A stretch of 64,000 bases of DNA. Origin: an uncultured delta proteobacterium. GTDB taxonomy: Bacteria > Desulfobacterota > Binatia > Binatales > Binataceae. Where the stretch lies: contig CAWCDG010000004.1 in NCBI GenBank assembly GCA_963794325.1, positions 32,001 to 96,000 of the forward strand, given 5' to 3'. Below the pieces are notes generated by a model that searched no databases, was not told the origin of the DNA, and saw only the letters and a list, made by a program, of their open reading frames with translations. The position numbers were made by a program, and so were the translations under genes. Position 1 is the first letter of the stretch, and each line of letters opens with the position of its first letter. Positions 29,538 through 39,042 of the stretch are shown piece after piece.

Positions 29538-30032
29538 ATGATTACTTTCACACATCGGACCGTCCGCGCAGCCGGCGCAGCGGCAACTCTACTCGGCGCT
29601 ATCGTTCTCGCCAGCCCCGTGTTTGCGGCCTCGACGCAGTCGCCCGCGCAGCAGGCGATGGCCGCGCCAGGCGATTCTTCCGCGATGGCGCCGGTCGAGG
29701 CGCGGATCAAGACTCTGCACAAGCAGCTCCACATCACCGAGGCTCAGAAGCCGCAATGGGACGCCCTGGCCACGGTGATGCGCGACAACGCGCAAGCGAT
29801 GGTGGACTTGCAGAAGCAGCGCGCCGCAGACTCGCCGTCGATGAGCGCGGTCGAAGTGATCAAGTCCTATGAGTCGGTCATCGAAGCGCACCAAGATGGA
29901 ATGAAGAAATTCGTTCCGCCGTTCGAAACTCTCTACAACTCGATGTCGGATGCTCAGAAGAAGACTGCCGACTCCCTGTTCCGCAACCGTGAAAAGGCCT
30001 CGGCCGCCAAACAGACCGCAGCCAATAAGTGA
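29538..30032 (+). CDS. Spy/CpxP (LTXXQ) family periplasmic chaperone
   Basis: Signal peptide; LHITEAQKPQW and LYNSMSDAQKKTAD; AGGAG RBS upstream. Confidence 0.85.
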   Translation: MITFTHRTVRAAGAAATLLGAIVLASPVFAASTQSPAQQAMAAPGDSSAMAPVEARIKTLHKQLHITEAQKPQWDALATVMRDNAQAMVDLQKQRAADSPSMSAVEVIKSYESVIEAHQDGMKKFVPPFETLYNSMSDAQKKTADSLFRNREKASAAKQTAANK

Positions 30033-30064
30033 AGCGGGAATCGATCCCGCGAGGTAGTATCGCT

Positions 30065-30397
30065 ATGCAAGTATCGCTCAAACCGAGAACGGAATTGCGC
30101 TCAAGGATAAGCAGGATCGCGGCTGCGGTCGGGTTTGTTCTCGTGATTGGCAGCTTCGCGGTCGGGCCGGCTCGCGCCGACAACGATCACCACGGTCACG
30201 ATAATGATCGCGGCGCCTATCGACATCGCGACAACGACGATCGCGGCTACCGCGGCAGCTATGCCTATCAGCAGCCTGACTACAATTACTACACGCCTCA
30301 GCCGAACTACTACTCCGCGCCTGATCCCTACTACTATGGTCCGGGACCCGGATACGAAGCACCGCCCCGCGGCGTCAACCTGTTCTTCGGCCTGTGA
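30065..30397 (+). CDS. Small secreted His/Asp/Arg- and Tyr/Pro-rich protein
   Basis: Signal peptide ending ARA; low-complexity DNDHHGHD and YYTPQPNYY; ends GVNLFFGL. Confidence 0.65.
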   Translation: MQVSLKPRTELRSRISRIAAAVGFVLVIGSFAVGPARADNDHHGHDNDRGAYRHRDNDDRGYRGSYAYQQPDYNYYTPQPNYYSAPDPYYYGPGPGYEAPPRGVNLFFGL

Positions 30398-30415
30398 TCT
30401 CGAACCCCGCTCGCC

Positions 30416-30448
30416 GGTAGTGTCCTGATTCGAAATCAGGGCACTACC
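30416..30448. terminator. Hairpin between convergent genes (probable bidirectional terminator)
   Basis: GGTAGTGTCCTGATT-CGA-AATCAGGGCACTACC stem-loop. Confidence 0.55.
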
Positions 30449-30472
30449 TCGCGCGGTCGCGGACGTTACCAA

Positions 30473-30670
30473 TCACTTCAAGGGCGGTATCTTGAGTCCG
30501 GGGATCGCTCCGATCAACCCGAACGTCTGCAACACCCAGATCAGCACCACCACGAACACCACTATATTGAGTAAGCTCTTTATGGCTCCGGCCATCGGGA
30601 TGTAGGTATTGATTAGCCACATCACCAAACCGATGACGACCAGGATTACTACGATATTGACCAGGGTCAT
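30473..30670 (-). CDS. Small two-TM membrane protein (Thivi_2564-like family)
   Basis: WLINTYIPM...IKSLLNIVV motif; AAGGAG RBS. Confidence 0.75.
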   Translation of the reverse strand: MTLVNIVVILVVIGLVMWLINTYIPMAGAIKSLLNIVVFVVVLIWVLQTFGLIGAIPGLKIPPLK

Positions 30671-30754
30671 AGGACACTCCTTGGGGACTGTCGCGACACC
30701 GCACGCTGTCTTAGCTTACATCGGCCTGAAGATAAGGTCCAACCGGCGTGAGTC

Positions 30755-31450
30755 CTAGACCCCGGCTAATAAGACTGCGACGATTCCCGTAAGAAATACG
30801 CCATCGTAAGTTCCCATCCCGCCGATTGACGCGACCGGCGCGCCGAGGTGCGTGATTGCATGCAAGTTGCTCAGGTCGGCGCCTATGAGAGTGCCGACGA
30901 CGCCGCTCACATATGCAATTACGTTAGTGCTATGCCGCGCTCTTATAACACGAGCGAGCAAAATGGCGACGAATGCGGCGGCAAGCGGTGGAACGAATAG
31001 CGGAAGGGCAATTCCAACCCCGGGCATCAGGTAGGCGGTCCTATGCGCCACCAACGCGACGACCGCTGTGCCCAGTATCGATGGAAGAATCGCGGCAGGT
31101 GTGCTCAGTAGCGCGTAGATCACGATGAGAAGTGGAATTACTGCGCCGCCGACGTTGATCGCAACCGTGGTCGTTCCCGGTGAGCCGTACTGGAGCGGAA
31201 CCGAATAGGTCACTCCGAAATTGTCGACTGTGGTTGTGGGTGGCGGCGGACCTGACTCGACGGTATATAGCGGGATGTTGACATAGCTACCGATCAGACT
31301 CAGCAGCAGAACAAAAAGCGCCGCGGTTGGGGATAGGCCTAGGACTACAAACGCGGCTCTTATCACCTCGATTTGGATAAGCAGGAAGAGCATACCCAGG
31401 AAGGCCAGGCAGATGAGTAGGTATATGAAGAGGAAGGGGGCGAATAGCAT
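30755..31450 (-). CDS. DUF1614 family membrane protein
   Basis: GSYVNIP, AINVGGAVIP, GTLIGADL, SIGGMGTYDGVFLTG. Confidence 0.85.
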   Translation of the reverse strand: MLFAPFLFIYLLICLAFLGMLFLLIQIEVIRAAFVVLGLSPTAALFVLLLSLIGSYVNIPLYTVESGPPPPTTTVDNFGVTYSVPLQYGSPGTTTVAINVGGAVIPLLIVIYALLSTPAAILPSILGTAVVALVAHRTAYLMPGVGIALPLFVPPLAAAFVAILLARVIRARHSTNVIAYVSGVVGTLIGADLSNLHAITHLGAPVASIGGMGTYDGVFLTGIVAVLLAGV

Positions 31451-31512
31451 TTTGACCCTCGTGAAGTTTCCGGAATACCTAGAGGACTCTTAGCGGGCCG
31501 AAAAAGCCATGA

Positions 31513-32025
31513 CTACGGCATCGAGCTTGACGCCGATTCCGTCGCGGGATTCGGCGACTCTTTTTTCGCCGGCTTTGAATCGACGCGCTTGATCATTACC
31601 CGCGCGACACCTTTCCCAGTGATCCCGATCTCTTCCGCCGCGCGCTTGGACAGATCCAGGTTCCGGCCGGGAACGAACGGTCCGCGATCGTTGATCCTCA
31701 CCGTCACCGATTTTCCGGTCTTGAGATTGGTTACCAGGACCGTGGAACCAAGCGGCAGAGTTTTGGATGCGGCGGTCAATGCGTGAGGGTCGAAGCGCTC
31801 GCCGCTGGCGGTGATATTGCCGGCTTCCTCCTCGCCCATGAATGACGCCCGGGCCGTTCCCGACGATCGCGCCCTGCTTTGGGGAACCGGCGTGGGCAAC
31901 GGCGTAGGCAGCGCGATCGCTGGTGCGAACACAGATTCCTGACGCGTCGAGCACGAGGCCACGAGCAACAAGCTCATCAGCGCAAGCGATCTGCCCAGAT
32001 TGAGTTGCCTACTGCTGATTCTCAA
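31513..32025 (-). CDS. rlpA: RlpA family lytic transglycosylase lipoprotein
   Basis: Lipobox VASC; TASGERFD...TAA..TLPLG; VRINDRGPF; LDLS. Confidence 0.88.
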   Translation of the reverse strand: MRISSRQLNLGRSLALMSLLLVASCSTRQESVFAPAIALPTPLPTPVPQSRARSSGTARASFMGEEEAGNITASGERFDPHALTAASKTLPLGSTVLVTNLKTGKSVTVRINDRGPFVPGRNLDLSKRAAEEIGITGKGVARVMIKRVDSKPAKKESPNPATESASSSMP

Positions 32026-32130
32026 GAGCCACCTGCCCGAGGGTTCTCAGTCACCCAAATTGACTATTCGGGAACCGAAAGCCGCAAATGCGACCGGCTC
32101 TTTTAGCGTAGAACTTTTCGGAAATCGGGA

Positions 32131-33792
32131 CTAGGCAGCCGCCGGAGCTCGCGCGAGTTCGAAGGCGCCCAGCTCGATGCCGTCATTCGAGCGCAGGACT
32201 ATCTTGGTCTGAAGCCGCTGCTCGAGGGTCTCGAGGTCCTTTGCGCCGTGATCGTACAGGTAGCGCGCGACTTCCGGATTCAGCTTGACGATCAGCATAT
32301 CGCCCGCCGACTTCGAGACTGCTTCGCGCTGAATCCCGCGCAGGACCTCGGCGGCGAGGGTCGGCACGGATTTCACGACGCGCCGTCCTTCGCATCGCGG
32401 ACAGTTGTCGGTCAGCAATTTTTCCAGGCTCTCGCGGGTGCGCTTGCGCGTCATCTGCACCAGTCCCAGCTCGGAAATCTTGAGCGCCGAGGTCCGCGCC
32501 TTGTCGCGCTTGAGCGCGGTCGCCAGCGCGTCGCTGACTTTTTTGCGATCGCCCTCGCGCGCCATATCGATAAAATCGACGATGATGATCCCGCCGATAT
32601 TGCGCAGCCGCAGTTGCTTCACCACTTCTTCGACCGCTTCGAGATTGGTCTTGGCGATCGTGTCGTCCTGGCTGCGCTTGCCGACGAAGCGCCCAGTGTT
32701 CACGTCGATCGCGGTGAGAGCCTCAGCCTGATCGAAAATCAGATAGCCGCCCGACTTGAGCCAGACCTTGCGGTCGAGCGCGCGCTCGATTTGCGGCTCG
32801 ACATTGAAACGATCGAACAACGGCTGCGGCCCATCATGCAGCGTTACCCGCGCGCGCAACCGCGGCATGTAATTCTGCACGAACTGGACGACGCGGCTGT
32901 AGGTCGTCGGATCGTCGCACCATAGCCGGTCAACTTCGCTGGAAAACATATCGCGCACGACACGCAACGCCACGTCGAGATCGCTGTACAGGATCGATGC
33001 CGGCGGCATGCTCTCGTTCTTGCGCAGAATCGAGCTCCACAACTTGGTCAAAAACGCGACGTCGCGCTGAATCTCGCGACGGCTGACACCCTCGCACGCC
33101 GTCCGCACGATAAACCCGCCCTGCGCGGGTCTAAGTTCTCCCACGTCCTGCCGCAGCCGCGCGCGTTCCTCCGCGCTCGCGATTCGCCGCGACACTCCGA
33201 TGTGATTGCTGGTCGGCGTAAAGACCAGATGGCGTCCCGGCAGCGAGATAGACGACGTCAGCCGCGCCCCCTTGGTGCCCATCGGTTCCTTGGCGATCTG
33301 CACGATGATGTCCTGGCCGCGACGCAGTTGCTGTTCGATCGGAAGTCGCGATCGATTCGGCGCCTGGCTGCGCCCCCGGCCTCGACCACCGCGACGACGC
33401 CCGCGCGACGGCCTCGGCTCGCTCCCGTCGCCGTTGCCATTGACGCTGTCGGCAGCCTCTTCCCCGGTGCTCGACTCCGCGTCGGCAAATTCATTCTCGC
33501 CGACCGGCTCGGTCTCGACGTCTTCCTCACCGAGCACTTCCGCAACCGTGTTGAGCGCGGAGACTCCGTCATGAAAATCCGAGACGTGGAGGAAGCCCGC
33601 CTTCTCGAGGCCGATATCGACGAACGCCGCCTGCATCCCGGGCAGCACGCGGGTGACCTTGCCCTTATAGATGTTCCCCGCCAGTCCGACCTGCCGATTG
33701 CGCTCGAGGAAAAATTCGGCGAGCTCGTTATCTTCAAGCAGCGCGACCCGCACTTCGAGTGCGGACGCGTTAATTGCAATTTCTCGTTTCAC
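32131..33792 (-). CDS. rng: Rne/Rng family ribonuclease (RNase G-like)
   Basis: GNIYKGKVTRVLPGMQAAFVDIG, AIDVNTG, LRNIGGIIIVDFIDM, CPRCEG Zn link. Confidence 0.92.
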   Translation of the reverse strand: MKREIAINASALEVRVALLEDNELAEFFLERNRQVGLAGNIYKGKVTRVLPGMQAAFVDIGLEKAGFLHVSDFHDGVSALNTVAEVLGEEDVETEPVGENEFADAESSTGEEAADSVNGNGDGSEPRPSRGRRRGGRGRGRSQAPNRSRLPIEQQLRRGQDIIVQIAKEPMGTKGARLTSSISLPGRHLVFTPTSNHIGVSRRIASAEERARLRQDVGELRPAQGGFIVRTACEGVSRREIQRDVAFLTKLWSSILRKNESMPPASILYSDLDVALRVVRDMFSSEVDRLWCDDPTTYSRVVQFVQNYMPRLRARVTLHDGPQPLFDRFNVEPQIERALDRKVWLKSGGYLIFDQAEALTAIDVNTGRFVGKRSQDDTIAKTNLEAVEEVVKQLRLRNIGGIIIVDFIDMAREGDRKKVSDALATALKRDKARTSALKISELGLVQMTRKRTRESLEKLLTDNCPRCEGRRVVKSVPTLAAEVLRGIQREAVSKSAGDMLIVKLNPEVARYLYDHGAKDLETLEQRLQTKIVLRSNDGIELGAFELARAPAAA

Positions 33793-34050
33793 AAATCGAC
33801 TCTCTATTCCGGCAAATCCGACAGACTTGCTTCAACAAAAATGATGCGCCGGGATTCGTCGCGAGGGCCGCGCGAGCTCCCGAAAAACCGCTCGCGTCCG
33901 ATGGGACATCGTTTTACCCTTTGCGTCGACAACTTGTGCAGGATCATACGAGGCACGCTGGACCTCCGCAAGCAAGCGCGCTTGGTGAATCAATAACGCG
34001 CTTTTAATCCACAGCTATCTTGACTTGGTATCTTGGGGCCGATAGTCGTC

Positions 34051-34704
34051 ATGGGGATGTCTGCTGCGGCCGACATGGTTGCGCCCAGTCTCCCGGGAGC
34101 GGGCCTGCTCAACAGCAAGGTCCTCGTTCTCAATCGCTCTTATCTCCCCGTTCATGTTACGTCGGTCAAACGTGCGTTTGCGCTGCTTTATCAGGGCGTT
34201 GCCAAGGCCGTCGATGAGCAGTATCACACCTTTGATTTCGAGAGCTGGCGCGATCTGTCAATTGAGGTTCAGCACGAGCGCCTCGGGATCGTGAACGGCT
34301 TCATCCGGGTCCCGCGCGTCCTGCTGCTGACGGCGTACGAGCGCGTGCCGAAGCGCCACGTGAGATTCTCGCGCTTCAACATCTTTGCCCGCGACGGCAA
34401 CACCTGCCAATACTGCCACAAGAAATTGCCGCGCACCGAGCTGAATCTCGACCACGTCATCCCGCGCTCACGCGGCGGAATGTCGACGTGGGAGAACATC
34501 GTATGCTCGTGCCATCACTGCAATCGCCGCAAGGGCGGCCGCACCCCCGAGGAAGCCGGGATGCATCTGTTCCGCCGCCCGCGCCGCCCCGAATGGACGC
34601 CATTTTCGTCGGAAATGTTCAGCCTGAAGCGCTACCGCGAGTGGATGCCCTACCTGTCGCAGGTAGATAGCGCGTATTGGAACACTGAGCTGATCCAGGA
34701 TTAA
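34051..34704 (+). CDS. HNH endonuclease (start uncertain, 34033-34075)
   Basis: VLVLNRSYLP; RDGNTCQYC...DHVIPRSRGG..TWEN...C..CN..KG. Confidence 0.9.
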   Translation: MGMSAAADMVAPSLPGAGLLNSKVLVLNRSYLPVHVTSVKRAFALLYQGVAKAVDEQYHTFDFESWRDLSIEVQHERLGIVNGFIRVPRVLLLTAYERVPKRHVRFSRFNIFARDGNTCQYCHKKLPRTELNLDHVIPRSRGGMSTWENIVCSCHHCNRRKGGRTPEEAGMHLFRRPRRPEWTPFSSEMFSLKRYREWMPYLSQVDSAYWNTELIQD

Positions 34705-34709
34705 CTTGC

Positions 34710-34982
34710 CTAGAGCTTGCTGAGCAGCTTGCCGCATTCTTCGCGCGAACCAATCCAGAACCAAACGATCTGATCCGCATACGGTTTAATGCCGAGGGCT
34801 CGATAGTGAATACCGACCCTGACTGACCAAATTGGTCGCTTGGGGTGGACAGACTTGAAGCGCAGACTGGGATGAAACGGGTCTTGGACGAACTGCTTAT
34901 AGGCGTCTTTGGCCAGCCGCTGGATAGGCTTCGGGATGGCGTAGTAGCAGGCCCAAAAATCTCTTGTAGTCCGGGAGGTCAG
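34710..34982 (-). CDS. Type II TA toxin, RelE/ParE/HigB-like (CTG start; possibly attenuated)
   Basis: Manual translation, 90 aa: LTSRTTRDFWACYYAIPKPIQRLAKDAYKQFVQDPFHPSLRFK...WSVRVGIHYRALG...IVWFWIGSREE. Not in the ORF track. Confidence 0.75.
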   Translation of the reverse strand: MTSRTTRDFWACYYAIPKPIQRLAKDAYKQFVQDPFHPSLRFKSVHPKRPIWSVRVGIHYRALGIKPYADQIVWFWIGSREECGKLLSKL

Positions 34983-34985
34983 AGT

Positions 34986-35219
34986 TTAGAGCTTGGAAAG
35001 TTTGGCGAGATCGAGTATTTCGGTGCGCCCCTCGGAAAACTCCGCGAGCGCCCGATCAGCGAGTTTCTCAAGTTTGTCCGCTGACGCAGCAAAAAGAGCG
35101 TCCCACTCCCGCTCATCATTTTCGATAAGCTGGAGAAGCCACTCGGCGAACGCGTCCTGTTCGTACTCCGGCAGCTCTTCAGAAGCTCTCTTAAATGCCT
35201 TTGCAAGAAGCTCAGTCAT
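34986..35219 (-). CDS. Putative antitoxin of the adjacent RelE-like toxin
   Basis: 77-aa acidic protein MTELLAKAF...LPEYEQDAFA...WD..F...KLEKLADRALAE, directly upstream of the toxin. Confidence 0.75.
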   Translation of the reverse strand: MTELLAKAFKRASEELPEYEQDAFAEWLLQLIENDEREWDALFAASADKLEKLADRALAEFSEGRTEILDLAKLSKL

Positions 35220-35442
35220 ACATTCACTGTATCAGCAGAATTCAAGTAATTCCAACCAGAAGGCGCGAGCCCCCTGGCATAAACGCGATCTGAAGAGTTC
35301 GCGATCCAACAGCTCGATTCCACTACTAACTGTGGATACCCGTCCGCCAACCCACGATATGTTGCGTATCCTCTTGACCCTCTGAGGGTGGTTTAGGATA
35401 AACTTCTGACGAAGTGGTGGATGCGGTGGAGGCGGAGAAAGC

Positions 35443-38400
35443 ATGCGTCTTAAGAGCCTTGAATTACTGGGCTTCAAATCATTTCTCGACTCGACGACGA
35501 TAAGTTTCGCGCCGGGGATGACCGCCGTGGTCGGTCCCAACGGATGCGGCAAATCGAACGTCGTTGACGCGATCCGATGGGTGCTCGGCGAGCAGGCGCC
35601 GACCCGCCTGCGCGGCAAGAGCGTCGAGGACCTTATCTACGCCGGCAACGAGTCGAATCCCGCGGCCGGGATGGCCGAAGTTTCGCTCGTACTCGAGGCC
35701 GAAGAAGGCAGCCAGCTTCCGGAGCCGTACTCCGCACTCAGCGAGGTCGCGGTCACGCGTCGCGCGTATCGCTCGGGCGAGTCGGAATACCTGCTCAACA
35801 AGATTCCATGCCGCCTGAAGGACATCACCGAATTTTTTATGGCCGCGCAGATTCACAGCCGCGGCTACTCGCTCGTCGAGCAGGGGCGCATCGAGGAAAT
35901 CATCCAGGCCAAACCGCACGAGCTGCGCACTCTCGTCGAGGAAGCGGCGGGGCTGTCGCTGTTCAAGGGTCGGCGCGAGATGAGCGAGCGCAAGCTCGAG
36001 CGCGTCAAGGAAAATCTTTCGCGGGTCGACGACGTGCTCAGTGAGATCGAGCGCCAGCTAAGCTTTGCGCGCCGGCAAGCCAAAAAGGCCGAGACCTACA
36101 AAGTCGTCAAGGCAGAACTCGGTGAGCTGGAACGTTACTCGGCAGCGCGGCGTCTGATCGATCAGCGCGAAGAGCTGGCGACACAGAGCAATCGCGACGC
36201 GGAGTTGAAGAGCGCGCTCGATGGGGCGCGCGCCGGAGCGTCGGCGATACGGGAGCAAGTCGACAATGCATCGTCCGCTGCGCAATCGGCGCGGTCGGAA
36301 TTGGGCGGTGCCCAGCGCGAACTCGAGAATCTTCACACCGGCGCCAATGAACGCGCGCGTACGCGCACCTTCCTGCAGCGGCGCCTCGATGCGACCGCGC
36401 AGCTTGAAATCGATCTGAGCGCGCGGCTGGTCGAGCTCGAAGCAAAGGCCACGCTCGCGCGGGCAAATCGCGCCGAAGCTGGTGCGACGCTCGCGCGCGA
36501 AATCGCTGCCGGCGGCGGCGATGCTGACGCCGCGCTCAAAGAAATCACGCTCAAGCACGAAGTTGCGGTTAACGAACTAAAGCAGGCCGAGCGGCGCGGC
36601 GAAGAATGCAAAGACGACCTGTCCGACGTCGTGCGCGAAGCCGCGGTCATTCGCGGCCGTCTGGGCGATCTCGCCGGAGAGCGCGCCGATCTTGAAAAGC
36701 GCCTCGAAGCGACCACGCTTGAAGCGCCCGCCCTGGTCGCAGAGCTTGAAACCGCGCGAGAGCTGATAGGCGCGGCGGAGACGGATCTCGAACAATCGCG
36801 TGCCGCCGCGACCGATCTCGATGGAATACGGCGCACCGCCGCCGAGCACGAGATCGAAGCGCGCACCGCGCTCGACCATTTGACCGCGCGGGTCAATTCG
36901 CTGCGCGCTGTATTGGTCGCGCGCGGCGAGCTGCAATTAAATCCTTCGTCGAGCGGCGTTGACCTCCGGCTCCGTACGATTCTCGAATCGCTCAACGGCG
37001 ATCGTCCCGCGACCGACCCTTCGATTCTAAAACAAGTCGTGCGCGCGCCTCTCGCACTGGAACCGGCTCTCAAAGCCGTGCTCGGCGATCAGATGGACGC
37101 GGTGATAGTCGAATCGCCGCAGTTTGCTATTCGCGCGATCGAGATCCTCAAAGAAAATCGCGCGGGCCGGATGGATTTCGTGCAGGAGCCGGACACCGCA
37201 ATCGCGGCTCATCCGTCGATCAGTGCGCCCGGTATCGCGGGACGGCTGGTCGAGATGCTCGAAGTCGAATCGCGTTTTTCGCCGGTCGCCGAAGCGATGC
37301 TCGGTCATGTGATGCTCGCCGACGATCTCCATTCCGCGATCGCCGCGTCGAATCTCAACGGCCACGGAACAGTTTTCGTGACCCGCGATGGCGACCTCGT
37401 GATGCCTGGCCGAATGATCAGCGGCGGTAGCACTGAAGAAAATCATGCCGCAGTGGACCTCGCAGCAATTGAAGCGGAGACCCGCGAACTCACTCGCGCC
37501 GAAGAGGAGCATCGCGCCCGCGTCGGCCAATTCGCCTCGATTCGTGCCGAGCGCGAGCGCGCGGACGCCGATCTCGAGAATGGACGAGGCAAGGCGCGCG
37601 AGGCGGAGCGAATCGCTATCGAGCGTCGCGGCGCTTTGGCCCGCGCCGAGCAAGCGGTCGCGCTGGCAGAAGCGCACGGCGGCAACTCGCGCCGCCGTCT
37701 CGGCGAACTGGCCGAGCTTGTGATCACCTCGAACGCACGCTTGGAAGAGCTCGCGAAGATCGAACAGGAAGCGCGCGCCCGCTTGAGCGTGATCGCCGGC
37801 GAGATCGCGACGCTCCGCATGGCGGCCGAGGATATCGACGCAGTGATGCTCGAAGTCGCGTCAAAAGTCGAAGCGCGCAAGTCGCGCCTCGATGCGCTCG
37901 AAAGAGAACTGGAGCATGCGCGACGCGAGGCGGACTCGTTCGAAGCGCAAATCGATGAGCATCGCGCGACTCTGGAACGCTCGCACGCCGAACGCGCCGA
38001 GTTCGATCGCGAACTCGAAAATCTTTCCGCACAGGATGTCGGCGCGCGTTCCCGCGAGACCGACCTCGAAGCAGAACTCTCGCGCCTGCGCGCACAATGC
38101 GATTCGTCCGATCACGAATTGGAAGCCCGCCGCGCCGATTACAAGAGTGCGCAAGAAGCGCTGACCGCTCTGGAAGCCGAAGCGAACGAATGCGCCCTCA
38201 AGCGTGAACGCGCCCGTGCGCTCAGCGAAGAATTGGCGCGCGCCTTCATCGAAAAATTCGGCGCCGAGTTCGACGCCATGGCGGCCGAGATAATTCCCGC
38301 GCTCGACGGCAGAATCGCCGCCGATGACGACGCGCGAATTATCGAGCTGCGCGCCAAGATGGAACGAATCGGCGAGGTAAACCTCGCCGCCGACAGCGAA

Positions 38401-38970
38401 GTCAAAGAACTCGAAGAACGCGCGGGCGTCCTCGGCACCGAGCGCGCCGACTTGCAAAGCGCGCTCGACGACTTGACCAAAACGATCACGCATCTCAATC
38501 GCGAGGCGCGCAAACGGTTCGCCGAGACTTTCGAGGGCGCGGCGAAAAACTTTGCCGAGCTGTTCCCCAAGCTGCTCCGCGGCGGCAAGGGACGCCTCGA
38601 ACTGACTGACGCCGGCGACGTGCTCGAGGCGGGCGTCAACGTCCTCGTGCAGCCGCCCGGCAAGAAGGTCAAAGAGATCGGCCTGCTGTCAGGGGGCGAG
38701 AAGGCGCTGTCCGCGATGGCTCTGATCTTCTCGCTGTTCCTGCTCAACCCCAGCCCGTTCTGCGTGATGGACGAAGTCGATGCGCCGCTCGACGAGTTCA
38801 GCCTCGCCGCGTTCACGACGCTGATGGCCGAGCTGAAGACGCGCTCGCAGTTCATCGTGATCACGCACAACCAGCGCACGATGCAGCGCGCCGACCAGAT
38901 TCACGGCGTCACGATGGATCGCCCCGGCGTCTCGCGGATCATCTCACTGCGAATCCCGCAAGCCGCGTAA
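35443..38970 (+). CDS. smc: Chromosome segregation protein SMC
   Basis: GFKSF, GPNGCGKSN, long coiled coils, hinge TRDGDLVMPGRMISGG, LSGGEK, DEVDAPLD. Confidence 0.95.
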   Translation: MRLKSLELLGFKSFLDSTTISFAPGMTAVVGPNGCGKSNVVDAIRWVLGEQAPTRLRGKSVEDLIYAGNESNPAAGMAEVSLVLEAEEGSQLPEPYSALSEVAVTRRAYRSGESEYLLNKIPCRLKDITEFFMAAQIHSRGYSLVEQGRIEEIIQAKPHELRTLVEEAAGLSLFKGRREMSERKLERVKENLSRVDDVLSEIERQLSFARRQAKKAETYKVVKAELGELERYSAARRLIDQREELATQSNRDAELKSALDGARAGASAIREQVDNASSAAQSARSELGGAQRELENLHTGANERARTRTFLQRRLDATAQLEIDLSARLVELEAKATLARANRAEAGATLAREIAAGGGDADAALKEITLKHEVAVNELKQAERRGEECKDDLSDVVREAAVIRGRLGDLAGERADLEKRLEATTLEAPALVAELETARELIGAAETDLEQSRAAATDLDGIRRTAAEHEIEARTALDHLTARVNSLRAVLVARGELQLNPSSSGVDLRLRTILESLNGDRPATDPSILKQVVRAPLALEPALKAVLGDQMDAVIVESPQFAIRAIEILKENRAGRMDFVQEPDTAIAAHPSISAPGIAGRLVEMLEVESRFSPVAEAMLGHVMLADDLHSAIAASNLNGHGTVFVTRDGDLVMPGRMISGGSTEENHAAVDLAAIEAETRELTRAEEEHRARVGQFASIRAERERADADLENGRGKAREAERIAIERRGALARAEQAVALAEAHGGNSRRRLGELAELVITSNARLEELAKIEQEARARLSVIAGEIATLRMAAEDIDAVMLEVASKVEARKSRLDALERELEHARREADSFEAQIDEHRATLERSHAERAEFDRELENLSAQDVGARSRETDLEAELSRLRAQCDSSDHELEARRADYKSAQEALTALEAEANECALKRERARALSEELARAFIEKFGAEFDAMAAEIIPALDGRIAADDDARIIELRAKMERIGEVNLAADSEVKELEERAGVLGTERADLQSALDDLTKTITHLNREARKRFAETFEGAAKNFAELFPKLLRGGKGRLELTDAGDVLEAGVNVLVQPPGKKVKEIGLLSGGEKALSAMALIFSLFLLNPSPFCVMDEVDAPLDEFSLAAFTTLMAELKTRSQFIVITHNQRTMQRADQIHGVTMDRPGVSRIISLRIPQAA

Positions 38971-38985
38971 CAAGAATCAGAAACG

Positions 38986-39027
38986 AAGCGGCGCGACGAT
39001 CATCATGATTGTCGCGCCGCTTTTTTT
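38986..39027 (+). terminator. Intrinsic terminator after smc
   Basis: AAGCGGCGCGACGATC-ATCAT-GATTGTCGCGCCGC followed by T7. Confidence 0.85.
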
Positions 39028-39042
39028 CAAAATCGCGAGCGG

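Noticed and set aside
34033-35219. HNH plus toxin-antitoxin as an anti-phage defence island
   Set aside because: The HNH belongs to a common stand-alone type, is convergent with the TA pair, and no other defence genes are adjacent; only the TA oddity was kept.
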